This document shows, in pieces, positions 48,001 to 63,000 of a stretch of 64,000 bases of DNA. The notes below the pieces were generated by a model. The model made no database searches and was not told the DNA's origin. It worked only from the letters and a program-made list of their open reading frames with translations. How positions within the stretch are numbered: position 1 is the stretch's first letter; the number at the start of each line of letters is the position of its first letter. The DNA comes from Tubiluchus corallicola (lineage: Eukaryota; Animalia; Priapulida): contig JAQGDQ010000464.1 in NCBI GenBank assembly GCA_030141605.1, positions 117,101 to 181,100 of the forward strand, given 5' to 3'. The position numbers and the translations under genes were made by a program.

Positions 48001-51000
48001 ACATCTGGGCAGAAGAAATGTAATGCCCTTCAAGAGTACATGGCAGAAGGCTTCTACAGGCAATGTTAAGCATCTGAACAGGGAAGTACACAGAATGCCT
48101 CAATTAGCTTGTTAGAAGACACGTACACCTAAGCTTAAGCATATGATAGGAATATTCAACCGTTTGGTAAGATTCCATCTATACGCACTCACATAGAACT
48201 CACATAGAGCAATATCAGACATGTAGGTAGAAACATCTAGTCAGAAGTCACTCAGACTAATCTCAAACATCTGGGCAGAAGAAATGTACTGCCCTTCAAG
48301 AGTACATGGCAAAAGGCTTCTACAGGCAATGCTAGGCAATGAGATGTGCGTCTGATAGAGAAATACACCGGCAGCCTCAATTAGCTTCTTAGAAGACACC
48401 AATGACCAAACCCAAGCATCTGGTAGAAAGACTCAACCGTTTGGTAAAATGGCGTCTATTTTAGGCTGAAGGGCGCAGAATGCCTCAATTAGCTTGTTAG
48501 AAGACACGTACACCTAAACTTAAGCATATGATAGGAATATTCAACCGTTTGGTAAGATGGCATCTATACGCAACCTAAAGCCTCTACATCAAGTCTGAAG
48601 GCATTTACGTTTGATCGCAGTAATCTGTTGAGATCTACAGAAATCCTGAAACTCCTAATAAGAATTCACTTAGAAAATTCTGAAATATTTGACACGTAGA
48701 TTCAATTCTTCTCATCTATTGAGATATATAGTCAAAACTACAACATCTAACCAGAACTCATTTAGAGCAGTCCCAAACATCTACAAACAACCCGAAACAT
48801 CTAGTCAGAACTCACATAGAGCAATATCAGACATGTAGGTAGAAACATCTAGTCAGAAGTCACTCAGACTAATCTCAAACATCTGGGCAGAAGAAATGTA
48901 CTGCCCTTCAAGAGTACATGGCAGAAGGCTTCTACAGGCAATGTTAAGCATCTGAACAGGGAAGTACACAGAATGCCTCAATTAGCTTGTTAGAAGACAC
49001 GTACACCTAAGCTTAAGCATATGATAGGAATATTCAACCGTTTGGTAAGATTCCATCTATACGCAACCTAAAGCCTCTACATCAAGTCTGAAGGCATTTA
49101 CGTTTGATCGCTGTAATCTGTTGAGATCAACAGAAATCCTGAAACTCCTAATAAGAATTCACTTAGAACAATCTGAAATATCTGGCATGTACATCCAATT
49201 CTACTCATCTATTGAGATATATAGACAAAACTANNNNNNNNNNNNNNNNNNNNNNNNNNNNNNNNNNNNNNNNNNNNNNNNNNNNNNNNNNNNNNNNNNN
49301 NNNNNNNNNNNNNNNNNNNNNNNNNNNNNNNNNNNNNNNNNNNNNNNNNNNNNNNNNNNNNNNNNNNNNNNNNNNNNNNNNNNNNNNNNNNNNNNNNNNN
49401 NNNNNNNNNNNNNNNNNNNNNNNNNNNNNNNNNNNNNNNNNNNNNNNNNNNNNNNNNNNNNNNNNNNNNNNNNNNNNNNNNNNNNNNNNNNNNNNNNNNN
49501 NNNNNNNNNNNNNNNNNNNNNNNNNNNNNNNNNNNNNNNNNNNNNNNNNNNNNNNNNNNNNNNNNNNNNNNNNNNNNNNNNNNNNNNNNNNNNNNNNNNN
49601 NNNNNNNNNNNNNNNNNNNNNNNNNNNNNNNNNNNNNNNNNNNNNNNNNNNNNNNNNNNNNNNNNNNNNNNNNNNNNNNNNNNNNNNNNNNNNNNNNNNN
49701 NNNNNNNNNNNNNNNNNNNNNNNNNNNNNNNNNNNNNNNNNNNNNNNNNNNNNNNNNNNNNNNNNNNNNNNNNNNNNNNNNNNNNNNNNNNNNNNNNNAT
49801 CCAATTCTACTCATCTATTGAGATATATAGACAAAACTACAACATCTAACCAGAATTCATTTACAGCAGGCCCAAACTTCTACAAACAACCCGAAACATC
49901 TAGTCAGAATTCACTCAGACTAATCTCAAACATCTGGGCAGAAGAAATGTAATGCCCTTCAAGAGTACATGGCAGAAGGCTTCTACAGGCAATGTTAAGC
50001 ATCTGAACAGGGAAGTACACAGAATGCCTCAATTAGCTTGTTAGAAGACACGTACACCTAAGCTTAAGCATATGATAGGAATATTCAACCGTTTGGTAAG
50101 ATTCCATCTATACGCAACCTAAAGCATCTACATCAAGTCTGAAGGCATTTACGTTTGATCGCTGTAATCTGTTGAGATCTACACAAATCCTGAAACTCCT
50201 AATAAGAATTCACTTAGAACAATCTGAAATATCTGGCATGTACATCCAATTCTACTCATCTATTGAGATATATAGACAAAACTACAACATCTAACCAGAA
50301 CTCATTTAGAGCAGTCCCAAACATCTACAAACAACCCGAAACATCCAGTCAGAACTCACTCAAAGTAATCTCAAACATCTGGGAGGAAGAAATGTACTGC
50401 CAATCAAAAGTATATGGCAGAAGACTTCTACAGGCAATGTTACGCATCTGAATAGGGAAATACACAGAAAGCCTCAATTGGCTTGTTAGAAGACACGTAC
50501 ATCTAAGATATACAGGCATTCTGAAACATCTAGTCAGAACGCACTAAGAGTAATCTCTAGCATCTAGACTGGTGAAGTCTATTTCGAATCTCAGATACCT
50601 AACCAGACGAACTGTACAGGCAATGTTATACAACGGGAGAACACATCACACATCTCGTTAGAAGGCATCCACATCAAATTGTATTAATTTATTAAGATAT
50701 CTAGATGAACTGCAGCATCTAGTCAAAACTCATTTAGAGCAGTCCCCGCCAGCCTAAAGCCTCTACATCAAGTCTGAAGGCATTTACGTTTGATCGCTGT
50801 AATCTGTTGAGATCAACAGAAATCCTGAAACTCCTAATAAGAATTCACTTAGAACAATCTGAAATATCTGGCATGTACATCCAATTCTACTCATCTATTG
50901 AGATATATAGACAAAACTACAACATCTAACCAGAACTCATTTAGAGCAGTCCCAAACATCTACAAACAACCCGAAACATCCAGTCAGAACTCACTCAAAG

Positions 51001-54000
51001 TAATCTCAAACATCTGGGAGGAAGAAATGTACTGCCAATCAAAAGTATATGGCAGAAGACTTCTACGGCAATGTTACGCATCTGAATAGGGAAATACACA
51101 GAAAGCCTCAATTGGCTTGTTAGAAGACACGTACATCTAAGATATACAGGCATTCTGAAACATCTAGTCAGAACGCACTAAGAGTAATCTCTAGCATCTA
51201 GACTGGTGAAGTCTATTTCGAATCTCAGATACCTAACCAGACGAACTGTACAGGCAATGTTATACAATGGGAGAACACATCACACATCTCGTTAGAAGGC
51301 ATCCACATCAAATTGTATTAATTTATTAAGATATCTAGATGAACTGCAGCATCTAGTCAAAACTCATTTAGAGCAGTCCCCGCCAGCCTAAAACATCTAC
51401 TTCAAGTCTGAAGGCATTTACGTTTGATCGCTGTAATCTGTTGAGATCTACACAAATCCTGAAACTCCTAATAAGAATTCACTTAGAACAATCTGAAATA
51501 TCTGGCATGTACATCCAATTCTACTCATCTATTGAGATATATAGACAAAACTACAACATCTAACCAGAACTCATTTAGAGCAGTCCCAAACATCTACAAA
51601 CAACCCGAAACATCCAGTCAGAACTCACTCAAAGTAATCTCAAACATCTGGGAGGAAGAAATGTACTGCCAATCAAAAGTATATGGCAGAAGACTTCTAC
51701 AGGCAATGTTACGCATCTGAATAGGGAAATACACAGAAAGCCTCAATTGGCTTGTTAGAAGACACGTACATCTAAGATATACAGGCATTCTGAAACATCT
51801 AGTCAGAACGCACTAAGAGTAATCTCTAGCATCTAGACTGGTGAAGTCTATTTCGAATCTCAGATACCTAACCAGACGAACTGTACAGGCAATGTTATAC
51901 AATGGGAGAACACATCACACATCTCGTTAGAAGGCATCCACATCAAATTGTATTAATTTATTAAGATATCTAGATGAACTGCAGCATCTAGTCAAAACTC
52001 ATTTAGAGCAGTCCCCGCCAGCCTAAAACATCTACTTCAAGTCTGAAGGCATTTACGTTTGATCGCAGTAATCTGTTGAGATCTACAGAAATCCTGAAAC
52101 TCCTAATAAGAATTCACTTAGAAAATTCTGAAATATTTGACACGTAGATTCAATTCTTCTCATCTATTGAGATATATAGTCAAAACTACAACATCTAACC
52201 AGAACTCATTTAGAGCAGTCCCAAACATCTAGTCAGAACTCACATAGAGCAATATCAGACATGTAGGTAGAAACATCTAGTCAGAAGTCACTCAGACTAA
52301 TCTCAAACATCTGGGCAGAAGAAATGTACTGCCCTTCAAGAGTACATGGCAAAAGGCTTCTACAGGCAATGCTAGGCAATGAGATGTGCGTCTGATAGAG
52401 AAATACACCGGCAGCCTCAATTAGCTTCTTAGAAGACACCAATGACCAAACCCAAGCATCTGGTAGAAAGACTCAACCGTTTGGTAAAATGGCGTCTATT
52501 TTAGGCTGAAGGGCGCAGAATGCCTCAATTAGCTTGTTAGAAGACACGTACACCTAAACTTAAGCATATGATAGGAATATTCAACCGTTTGGTAAGATGG
52601 CATCTATACGCAACCTAAAACATCGACATCATGTCTGAAGGCATTTACGTTTGATCGCAGTAATCTGTTGAGATCTACAGAAATCCCGAAACACCTAATA
52701 AGAACTCACTTAGAGCAATCTGAAACATCTGACACGCACATCCAATTCTACTCATCTATTGAGATATATAGACAAAACTACAGCATCTAACCAGAATTCA
52801 TTTACAGCAGGCCCAAACTTCTACAAACAACCCGAAACATCTAGTCAGAATTCACTCAGACTAATCTCAAACATCTGGGCAGAAGAAATGTAATGCCCTT
52901 CAAGAGTACATGGCAGAAGGCTTCTACAGGCAATGTTAAGCATCTGAACAGGGAAGTACACAGAATGCCTCAATTAGCTTGTTAGAAGACACGTACACCT
53001 AAGCTTAAGCATATGATAGGAATATTCAACCGTTTGGTAAGATTCCATCTATACGCAACCTAAAGCACCTACATCAAGTCTGAAGGCATTTACGTTTGAT
53101 CGCTGTAATCTGTTGAGATCTACACAAATCCTGAAACTCCTAATAAGAATTCACTTAGAACAATCTGAAATATCTGACACGTACATTTAATTCTACTCAG
53201 CTATTGAGATATATAGACAAAACTACAACATCTAACCAGAATTCATTTAGAGCAGTCCCAAACATCTACAAACAACCCGAAACTTCTAGTCAGAACTCAC
53301 TCACAGTAATCTCAAACATCTAGTCAGAACGCACTAAGAGTAATCTCTAGCATCTAGACTGGTGAAGTCTATTTCGAATCTCAGATACCTAACCAGACGA
53401 ACTGTACAGGCAATGTTATACAATGGGAGAACACATCACACATCTCGTTAGAAGGCATCCACATCAAATTGTATTAATTTATTAAGATATCTAGATGAAC
53501 TGCAGCATCTAGTCAAAACTCATTTAGAGCAGTCCCCGCCAGCCTAAAACATCTACTTCAAGTCTGAAGGCATTTACGTTTGATCGCTGTAATCTGTTGA
53601 GATCAACAGAAATCCTGAAACTCCTAATAAGAATTCACTTAGAACAATCTGAAATATCTGGCATGTACATCCAATTCTACTCATCTATTGAGATATATAG
53701 ACAAAACTACAACATCTAACCAGAATTCATTTACAGCAGGCCCAAACTTCTACAAACAACCCGAAACATCTAGTCAGAATTCACTCAGACTAATCTCAAA
53801 CATCTGGGCAGAAGAAATGTAATGCCCTTCAAGAGTACATGGCAGAAGGCTTCTACAGGCAATGTTAAGCATCTGAACAGGGAAGTACACAGAATGCCTC
53901 AATTAGCTTGTTAGAAGACACGTACACCTAAGCTTAAGCATATGATAGGAATATTCAACCGTTTGGTAAGATTCCATCTATACGCAACCTAAAGCCTCTA

Positions 54001-57000
54001 CATCAAGTCTGAAGGCATTTACGTTTGATCGCTGTAATCTGTTGAGATCAACAGAAATCCTGAAACTCCTAATAAGAATTCACTTAGAACAATCTGAAAT
54101 ATCTGGCATGTACATCCAATTCTACTCATCTATTGAGATATATAGACAAAACTACAACATCTAACCAGAACTCATTTAGAGCAGTCCCAAACATCTACAA
54201 ACAACCCGAAACATCCAGTCAGAACTCACTCAAAGTAATCTCAAACATCTGGGAGGAAGAAATGTACTGCCCTTCAAGAGTACATGGCAAAAGGCTTCTA
54301 CAGGCAATGCTAGGCAATGAGATGTGCGTCTGATAGAGAAATACACCGGCAGCCTCAATTAGCTTCTTAGAAGACACCAATGACCAAACCCAAGCATCTG
54401 GTAGAAAGACTCAACCGTTTGGTAAAATGGCGTCTATTTTAGGCTGAAGGGCGCAGAATGCCTCAATTAGCTTGTTAGAAGACACGTACACCTAAGCTTA
54501 AGCATATGATAGGAATATTCAACCGTTTGGTAAGATTCCATCTATACGCAACCTAAAGCATCTACATCAAGTCTGAAGGCATTTACGTTTGATCGCAGTA
54601 ATCTGTTGAGATCTACAGAAATCCTGAAACTCCTAATAAGAATTCACTTAGAAAATTCTGAAATATTTGACACGTAGATTCAATTCTTCTCATCTATTGA
54701 GATATATAGTCAAAACTACAACATCTAACCAGAACTCATTTAGAGCAGTCCCAAACATCTACAAACAACCCGAAACATCTAGTCAGAACTCACATAGAGC
54801 AATATCAGACATGTAGGTAGAAACATCTAGTCAGAAGTCACTCAGACTAATCTCAAACATCTGGGCAGAAGAAATGTACTGCCCTTCAAGAGTACATGGC
54901 AAAAGGCTTCTACAGGCAATGCTAGGCAATGAGATGTGCGTCTGATAGAGAAATACACCGGCAGCCTCAATTAGCTTCTTAGAAGACACCAATGACCAAA
55001 CCCAAGCATCTGGTAGAAAGACTCAACCGTTTGGTAAAATGGCGTCTATTTTAGGCTGAAGGGCGCAGAATGCCTCAATTAGCTTGTTAGAAGACACGTA
55101 CACCTAAACTTAAGCATATGATAGGAATATTCAACCGTTTGGTAAGATGGCATCTATACGCAACCTAAAACATCGACATCATGTCTGAAGGCATTTACGT
55201 TTGATCGCAGTAATCTGTTGAGATCTACAGAAATCCCGAAACACCTAATAAGAACTCACTTAGAGCAATCTGAAACATCTGACACGCACATCCAATTCTA
55301 CTCATCTATTGAGATATATAGACAAAACTACAGCATCTAACCAGAATTCATTTACAGCAGGCCCACACTTCTACAAACAACCCGAAACATCTAGTCAGAA
55401 TTCACTCAGACTAATCTCAAACATCTGGGCAGAAGAAATGTAATGCCCTTCAAGAGTACATGGCAGAAGGCTTCTACAGGCAATGTTAAGCATCTGAACA
55501 GGGAAGTACACAGAATGCCTCAATTAGCTTGTTAGAAGACACGTACACCTAAGCTTAAGCATATGATAGGAATATTCAACCGTTTGGTAAGATTCCATCT
55601 ATACGCAACCTAAAGCACCTACATCAAGTCTGAAGGCATTTACGTTTGATCGCTGTAATCTGTTGAGATCTACACAAATCCTGAAACTCCTAATAAGAAT
55701 TCACTTAGAACAATCTGAAATATCTGACACGTACATTTAATTCTACTCAGCTATTGAGATATATAGACAAAACTACAACATCTAACCAGAATTCATTTAG
55801 AGCAGTCCCAAACATCTACAAACAACCCGAAACTTCTAGTCAGAACTCACTCACAGTAATCTCAAACATCTAGTCAGAACGCACTAAGAGTAATCTCTAG
55901 CATCTAGACTGGTGAAGTCTATTTCGAATCTCAGATACCTAACCAGACGAACTGTACAGGCAATGTTATACAATGGGAGAACACATCACACATCTCGTTA
56001 GAAGGCATCCACATCAAATTGTATTAATTTATTAAGATATCTAGATGAACTGCAGCATCTAGTCAAAACTCATTTAGAGCAGTCCCCGCCAGCCTAAAAC
56101 ATCTACTTCAAGTCTGAAGGCATTTACGTTTGATCGCTGTAATCTGTTGAGATCTACACAAATCCTGAAACTCCTAATAAGAATTCACTTAGAACAATCT
56201 GAAATATCTGGCATGTACATCCAATTCTACTCATCTATTGAGATATATAGACAAAACTACAACATCTAACCAGAATTCATTTACAGCAGGCCCAAACTTC
56301 TACAAACAACCCGAAACATCTAGTCAGAATTCACTCAGACTAATCTCAAACATCTGGGCAGAAGAAATGTAATGCCCTTCAAGAGTACATGGCAGAAGGC
56401 TTCTACAGGCAATGTTAAGCATCTGAACAGGGAAGTACACAGAATGCCTCAATTAGCTTGTTAGAAGACACGTACACCTAAGCTTAAGCATATGATAGGA
56501 ATATTCAACCGTTTGGTAAGATTCCATCTATACGCAACCTAAAGCATCTACATCAAGTCTGAAGGCATTTACGTTTGATCGCTGTAATCTGTTGAGATCT
56601 ACACAAATCCTGAAACTCCTAATAAGAATTCGCTTAGAACAATCTGAAATATCTGGCATGTACATCCAATTCTACTCATCTATTGAGATATATAGACAAA
56701 ACTACAACACTTAACCAGAACTCATTTAGAGCAGTCCCAAACATGTACAAACAACCCGAAACATCCAGTCAGAACTCACTCAAAGTAATCTCAAACATCT
56801 GGGAGGAAGAAATGTACTGCCCTTCAAGAGTACATGGCAAAAGGCTTCTACAGGCAATGCTAGGCAATGAGATGTGCGTCTGATAGAGAAATACACCGGC
56901 AGCCTCAATTAGCTTCTTAGAAGACACCAATGACCAAACCCAAGCATCTGGTAGAAAGACTCAACCGTTTGGTAAAATGGCGTCTATTTTAGGCTGAAGG

Positions 57001-60000
57001 GCGCAGAATGCCTCAATTAGCTTGTTAGAAGACACGTACACCTAAACTTAAGCATATGATAGGAATATTCAACCGTTTGGTAAGATGGCATCTATACGCA
57101 ACCTAAAACATCGACATCATGTCTGAAGGCATTTACGTTTGATCGCAGTAATCTGTTGAGATCTACAGAAATCCTGAAACTCCTAATAAGAATTCACTTA
57201 GAAAATTCTGAAATATTTGACACGTAGATTCAATTCTTCTCATCTATTGAGATATATAGTCAAAACTACAACATCTAACCAGAACTCATTTAGAGCAGTC
57301 CCAAACATCTACAAACAACCCGAAACATCTAGTCAGAACTCACATAGAGCAATATCAGACATGTAGGTAGAAACATCTAGTCAGAAGTCACTCAGACTAA
57401 TCTCAAACATCTGGGCAGAAGAAATGTACTGCCCTTCAAGAGTACATGGCAAAAGGCTTCTACAGGCAATGCTAGGCAATGAGATGTGCGTCTGATAGAG
57501 AAATACACCGGCAGCCTCAATTAGCTTCTTAGAAGACACCAATGACCAAACCCAAGCATCTGGTAGAAAGACTCAACCGTTTGGTAAAATGGCGTCTATT
57601 TTAGGCTGAAGGGCGCAGAATGCCTCAATTAGCTTGTTAGAAGACACGTACACCTAAACTTAAGCATATGATAGGAATATTCAACCGTTTGGTAAGATGG
57701 CATCTATACGCAACCTAAAACATCGACATCATGTCTGAAGGCATTTACGTTTGATCGCTGTAATCTGTTGAGATCTACAGAAATCCTGAAACTCCTAATA
57801 AGAATTCACTTAGAGCAATCTGAAATATCTGGCATGTACATCCAATTCTACTCATCTATTTAGATATATAGACAAAACTACAACATCTAACCAGAACTCA
57901 TTTAGAGCAGTCCCAAACTTCTGCAAACAACCCGAAACATCTAGTCAGAATTCACTCAGACTAATCTCAAACATCTGGGCAGAAGAAATGTAATGCCCTT
58001 CAAGAGTACATGGCAGAAGGCTTCTACAGGCAATGTTAAGCATCTGAACAGGGAAGTACACAGAATGCCTCAATTAGCTTGTTAGAAGACACGTACACCT
58101 AAGCTTAAGCATATGATAGGAATATTCAACCGTTTGGTAAGATTCCATCTATACGCAACCTAAAGCATCTACATCAAGTCTGAAGGCATTTACGTTTGAT
58201 CGCTGTAATCTGTTGAGATCTACACAAATCCTGAAACTCCTAATAAGAATTCACTTAGAACAATCTGAAATATCTGACACGTACATTTAATTCTACTCAG
58301 CTATTGAGATATATAGACAAAACTACAACATCTAACCAGAATTCATTTAGAGCAGTCCCAAACATCTACAAACAACCCGAAACTTCTAGTCAGAACTCAC
58401 TCACAGTAATCTCAAACATCTAGTCAGAACGCACTAAGAGTAATCTCTAGCATCTAGACTGGTGAAGTCTATTTCGAATCTCAGATACCTAACCAGACGA
58501 ACTGTACAGGCAATGTTATACAATGAGAGAACACATCACACATCTCGTTAGAAGGCATCCACATCAAATTGTATTAATTTATTAAGATATCTAGATGAAC
58601 TGCAGCATCTAGTCAAAACTCATTTAGAGCAGTCCCCGCCAGCCTAAAACATCTACTTCAAGTCTGAAGGCATTTACGTTTGATCGCTGTAATCTGTTGA
58701 GATCTACAGAAATCCTGAAACTCCTAATAAGAATTCACTTAGAACAATCTGAAATATCTGACATGTACATCCAATTCTACTCATCTATTGAGATATATAG
58801 ACAAAACTACAGCATCTAACCAGAATTCATTTACAGCAGGCCCAAACTTCTACAAACAACCCGAAACATCTAGTCAGAATTCACTCAGACTAATCTCAAA
58901 CATCTGGGCAGAAGAAATGTAATGCCCTTCAAGAGTACATGGCAGAAGGCTTCTACAGGCAATGTTAAGCATCTGAACAGGGAAGTACACAGAATGCCTC
59001 AATTAGCTTGTTAGAAGACACGTACACCTAAGCTTAAGCATATGATAGGAATATTCAACCGTTTGGTAAGATTCCATCTATACGCAACCTAAAGCATCTA
59101 CATCAAGTCTGAAGGCATTTACGTTTGATCGCAGTAATCTGTTGAGATCTACAGAAATCCTGAAACTCCTAATAAGAATTCACTTAGAACAATCTGAAAT
59201 ATCTGGCATGTACATCCAATTCTACTCATCTATTGAGATATATAGACAAAACTACAACATCTAACCAGAACTCATTTAGAGCAGTCCCAAACATCTACAA
59301 ACAACCCGAAACATCCAGTCAGAACTCACTCAAAGTAATCTCAAACATCTGGGAGGAAGAAATGTACTGCCAATCAAAAGTATATGGCAGAAGACTTCTA
59401 CAGGCAATGTTACGCATCTGAATAGGGAAATACACAGAAAGCCTCAATTGGCTTGTTAGAAGACACATACATCTAAGATATACAGGCATCCTGAAACATC
59501 TAGTCAGAACGCACTTAGAGTAATCTCTAGCATCTAGACTGGTGAAGTCTATTTCGAATCTCAGATACCTAACCAGACGAACTGTACAGGCAATGTTATA
59601 CAATGGGAGAACACATCACACATCTCGTTAGAAGGCATCCACATCAAATTGTATTAATTTATTAAGATATCTAGATGAACTGCAGCATCTAGTCAAAACT
59701 CATTTAGAGCAGTCCCCGCCAGCCTAAAACATCTACTTCAAGTCTGAAGGCATTTACGTTTGATCGCTGTAATCTGTTGAGATCTACACAAATCCTGAAA
59801 CTCCTAATAAGAATTCACTTAGAACAATCTGAAATATCTGGCATGTACATCCAATTCTACTCATCTATTGAGATATATAGACAAAACTACAACATCTAAC
59901 CAGAACTCATTTAGAGCAGTCCCAAACATCTACAAACAACCCGAAACATCCAGTCAGAACTCACTCAAAGTAATCTCAAACATCTGGGAGGAAGAAATGT

Positions 60001-63000
60001 ACTGCCAATCAAAAGTATATGGCAGAAGACTTCTACAGGCAATGTTATGCATCTGAATAGGGAAATACACAGAAAGCCTCAATTGGCTTGTTAGAAGACA
60101 CGTACATCTAAGATATACAGGCATTCTGAAACATCTAGTCAGAACGCACTAAGAGTAATCTCTAGCATCTAGACTGGTGAAGTCTATTTCGAATCTCAGA
60201 TACCTAACCAGACGAACTGTACAGGCAATGTTATACAATGGGAGAACACATCACACATCTCGTTAGAAGGCATCCACATCAAATTGTATTAATTTATTAA
60301 GATATCTAGATGAACTGCAGCATCTAGTCAAAACTCATTTAGAGCAGTCCCCGCCAGCCTAAAACATCTACTTCAAGTCTGAAGGCATTTACGTTTGATC
60401 GCTGTAATCTGTTGAGATCTACACAAATCCTGAAACTCCTAATAAGAATTCACTTAGAACAATCTGAAATATCTGGCATGTACATCCAATTCTACTCATC
60501 TATTGAGATATATAGACAAAACTACAACATCTAACCAGAACTCATTTAGAGCAGTCCCAAACATCTACAAACAACCCGAAACATCCAGTCAGAACTCACT
60601 CAAAGTAATCTCAAACATCTGGGAGGAAGAAATGTACTGCCAATCAAAAGTATATGGCAGAAGACTTCTACAGGCAATGTTACGCATCTGAATAGGGAAA
60701 TACACAGAAAGCCTCAATTGGCTTGTTAGAAGACACGTACATCTAAGATATACAGGCATTCTGAAACATCTAGTCAGAACGCACTAAGAGTAATCTCTAG
60801 CATCTAGACTGGTGAAGTCTATTTCGAATCTCAGATACCTAACCAGACGAACTGTACAGGCAATGTTATACAATGGGAGAACACATCACACATCTCGTTA
60901 GAAGGCATCCACATCAAATTGTATTAATTTATTAAGATATCTAGATGAACTGCAGCATCTAGTCAAAACTCATTTAGAGCAGTCCCCGCCAGCCTAAAAC
61001 ATCTACTTCAAGTCTGAAGGCATTTACGTTTGATCGCTGTAATCTGTTGAGATCTACACAAATCCTGAAACTCCTAATAAGAATTCACTTAGAACAATCT
61101 GAAATATCTGACACGTACATTTAATTCTACTCAGCTATTGAGATATATAGACAAAACTACAACATCTAACCAGAACTCATTTAGAGCAGTCCCAAACATC
61201 TACAAACAACCCGAAACATCTAGTCAGAACTCACATAGAGCAATATCAGACATGTAGGTAGAAACATCTAGTCAGAAGTCACTCAGACTAATCTCAAACA
61301 TCTGGGCAGAAGAAATGTACTGCCCTTCAAGAGTACATGGCAAAAGGCTTCTACAGGCAATGCTAGGCAATGAGATGTGCGTCTGATAGAGAAATACACC
61401 GGCAGCCTCAATTAGCTTCTTAGAAGACACCAATGACCAAACCCAAGCATCTGGTAGAAAGACTCAACCGTTTGGTAAAATGGCGTCTATTTTAGGCTGA
61501 AGGGCGCAGAATGCCTCAATTAGCTTGTTAGAAGACACGTACACCTAAACTTAAGCATATGATAGGAATATTCAACCGTTTGGTAAGATGGCATCTATAC
61601 GCAACCTAAAGCCTCTACATCAAGTCTGAAGGCATTTACGTTTGATCGCTGTAATCTGTTGAGATCAACAGAAATCCTGAAACTCCTAATAAGAATTCAC
61701 TTAGAACAATCTGAAATATCTGGCATGTACATCCAATTCTACTCATCTATTGAGATATATAGACAAAACTACAACATCTAACCAGAACTCATTTAGAGCA
61801 GTCCCAAACATCTACAAACAACCCGAAACATCCAGTCAGAACAAACATCTGGGAGGAAGAAATGTACTGCCAATCAAAAGTATATGGCAGAAGACTTCTA
61901 CAGGCAATGTTACGCATCTGAATAGGGAAATACACAGAAAGCCTCAATTGGCTTGTTAGAAGACACATACATCTAAGATATACAGGCATCCTGAAACATC
62001 TAGTCAGAACGCACTTAGAGTAATCTCTAGCATCTAGACTGGTGAAGTCTATTTCGAATCTCAGATACCTAACCAGACGAACTGTACAGGCAATGTTATA
62101 CAATGAGAGAACACATCACACATCTCGTTAGAAGGCATCCACATCAAATTGTATTAATTTATTAAGATATCTAGATGAACTGCAGCATCTAGTCAAAACT
62201 CATTTAGAGCAGTCCCCGCCAGCCTAAAACATCTACTTCAAGTCTGAAGGCATTTACGTTTGATCGCAGTAATCTGTTGAGATCTACAGAAATCCTGAAA
62301 CTCCTAATAAGAATTCACTTAGAACAATCTGAAATATCTGACACGTACATTTAATTCTACTCAGCTATTGAGATATATAGACAAAACTACCAGCATCTAA
62401 CCAGAATTCATTTAGAGCAGGCCCAAACTTCTACAAGCCACCCGAAACTTCTAGTCAGAACTCACTCAGAGTAATCTCAAACATCTGGTCCTAAAACATC
62501 TGGTCAGAACGCCCTTAAAGCAATCTCTAGCATGTAGACAGATGAAATCCATTTCAAATCTCAGATACCTAGCCAGAGGACCAGTACAGGCAATATTAGG
62601 CAATGAGATGTGCGTCTGATAGAAAAATACACCGGTAGCTTCAATTAGCTTCTTAGAAGACATCAATGACCAACAAGCATCTAGTAGGAAGTTTTAACCG
62701 TTTGGTAAGATGGCATCTATACGCAACCTAAAACATCGACATCATGTCTGAAGGCATTTACGTTTGATCGCAGTAATCTGTTGAGATCTACAGAAATCCC
62801 GAAACACCTAATAAGAACTCACTTAGAGCAATCTGAAACATCTGACACGCACATCCAATTCTACTCATCTATTGAGATATATAGACAAAACTACAACATC
62901 TAACCAGAACTCATTTAGAGCAGTCCCAAACATCTACAAACAACCCGAAACTTCTAGTCAGAACTCACTCACAGTAATCTCAAACATCTAGTCAGAACGC

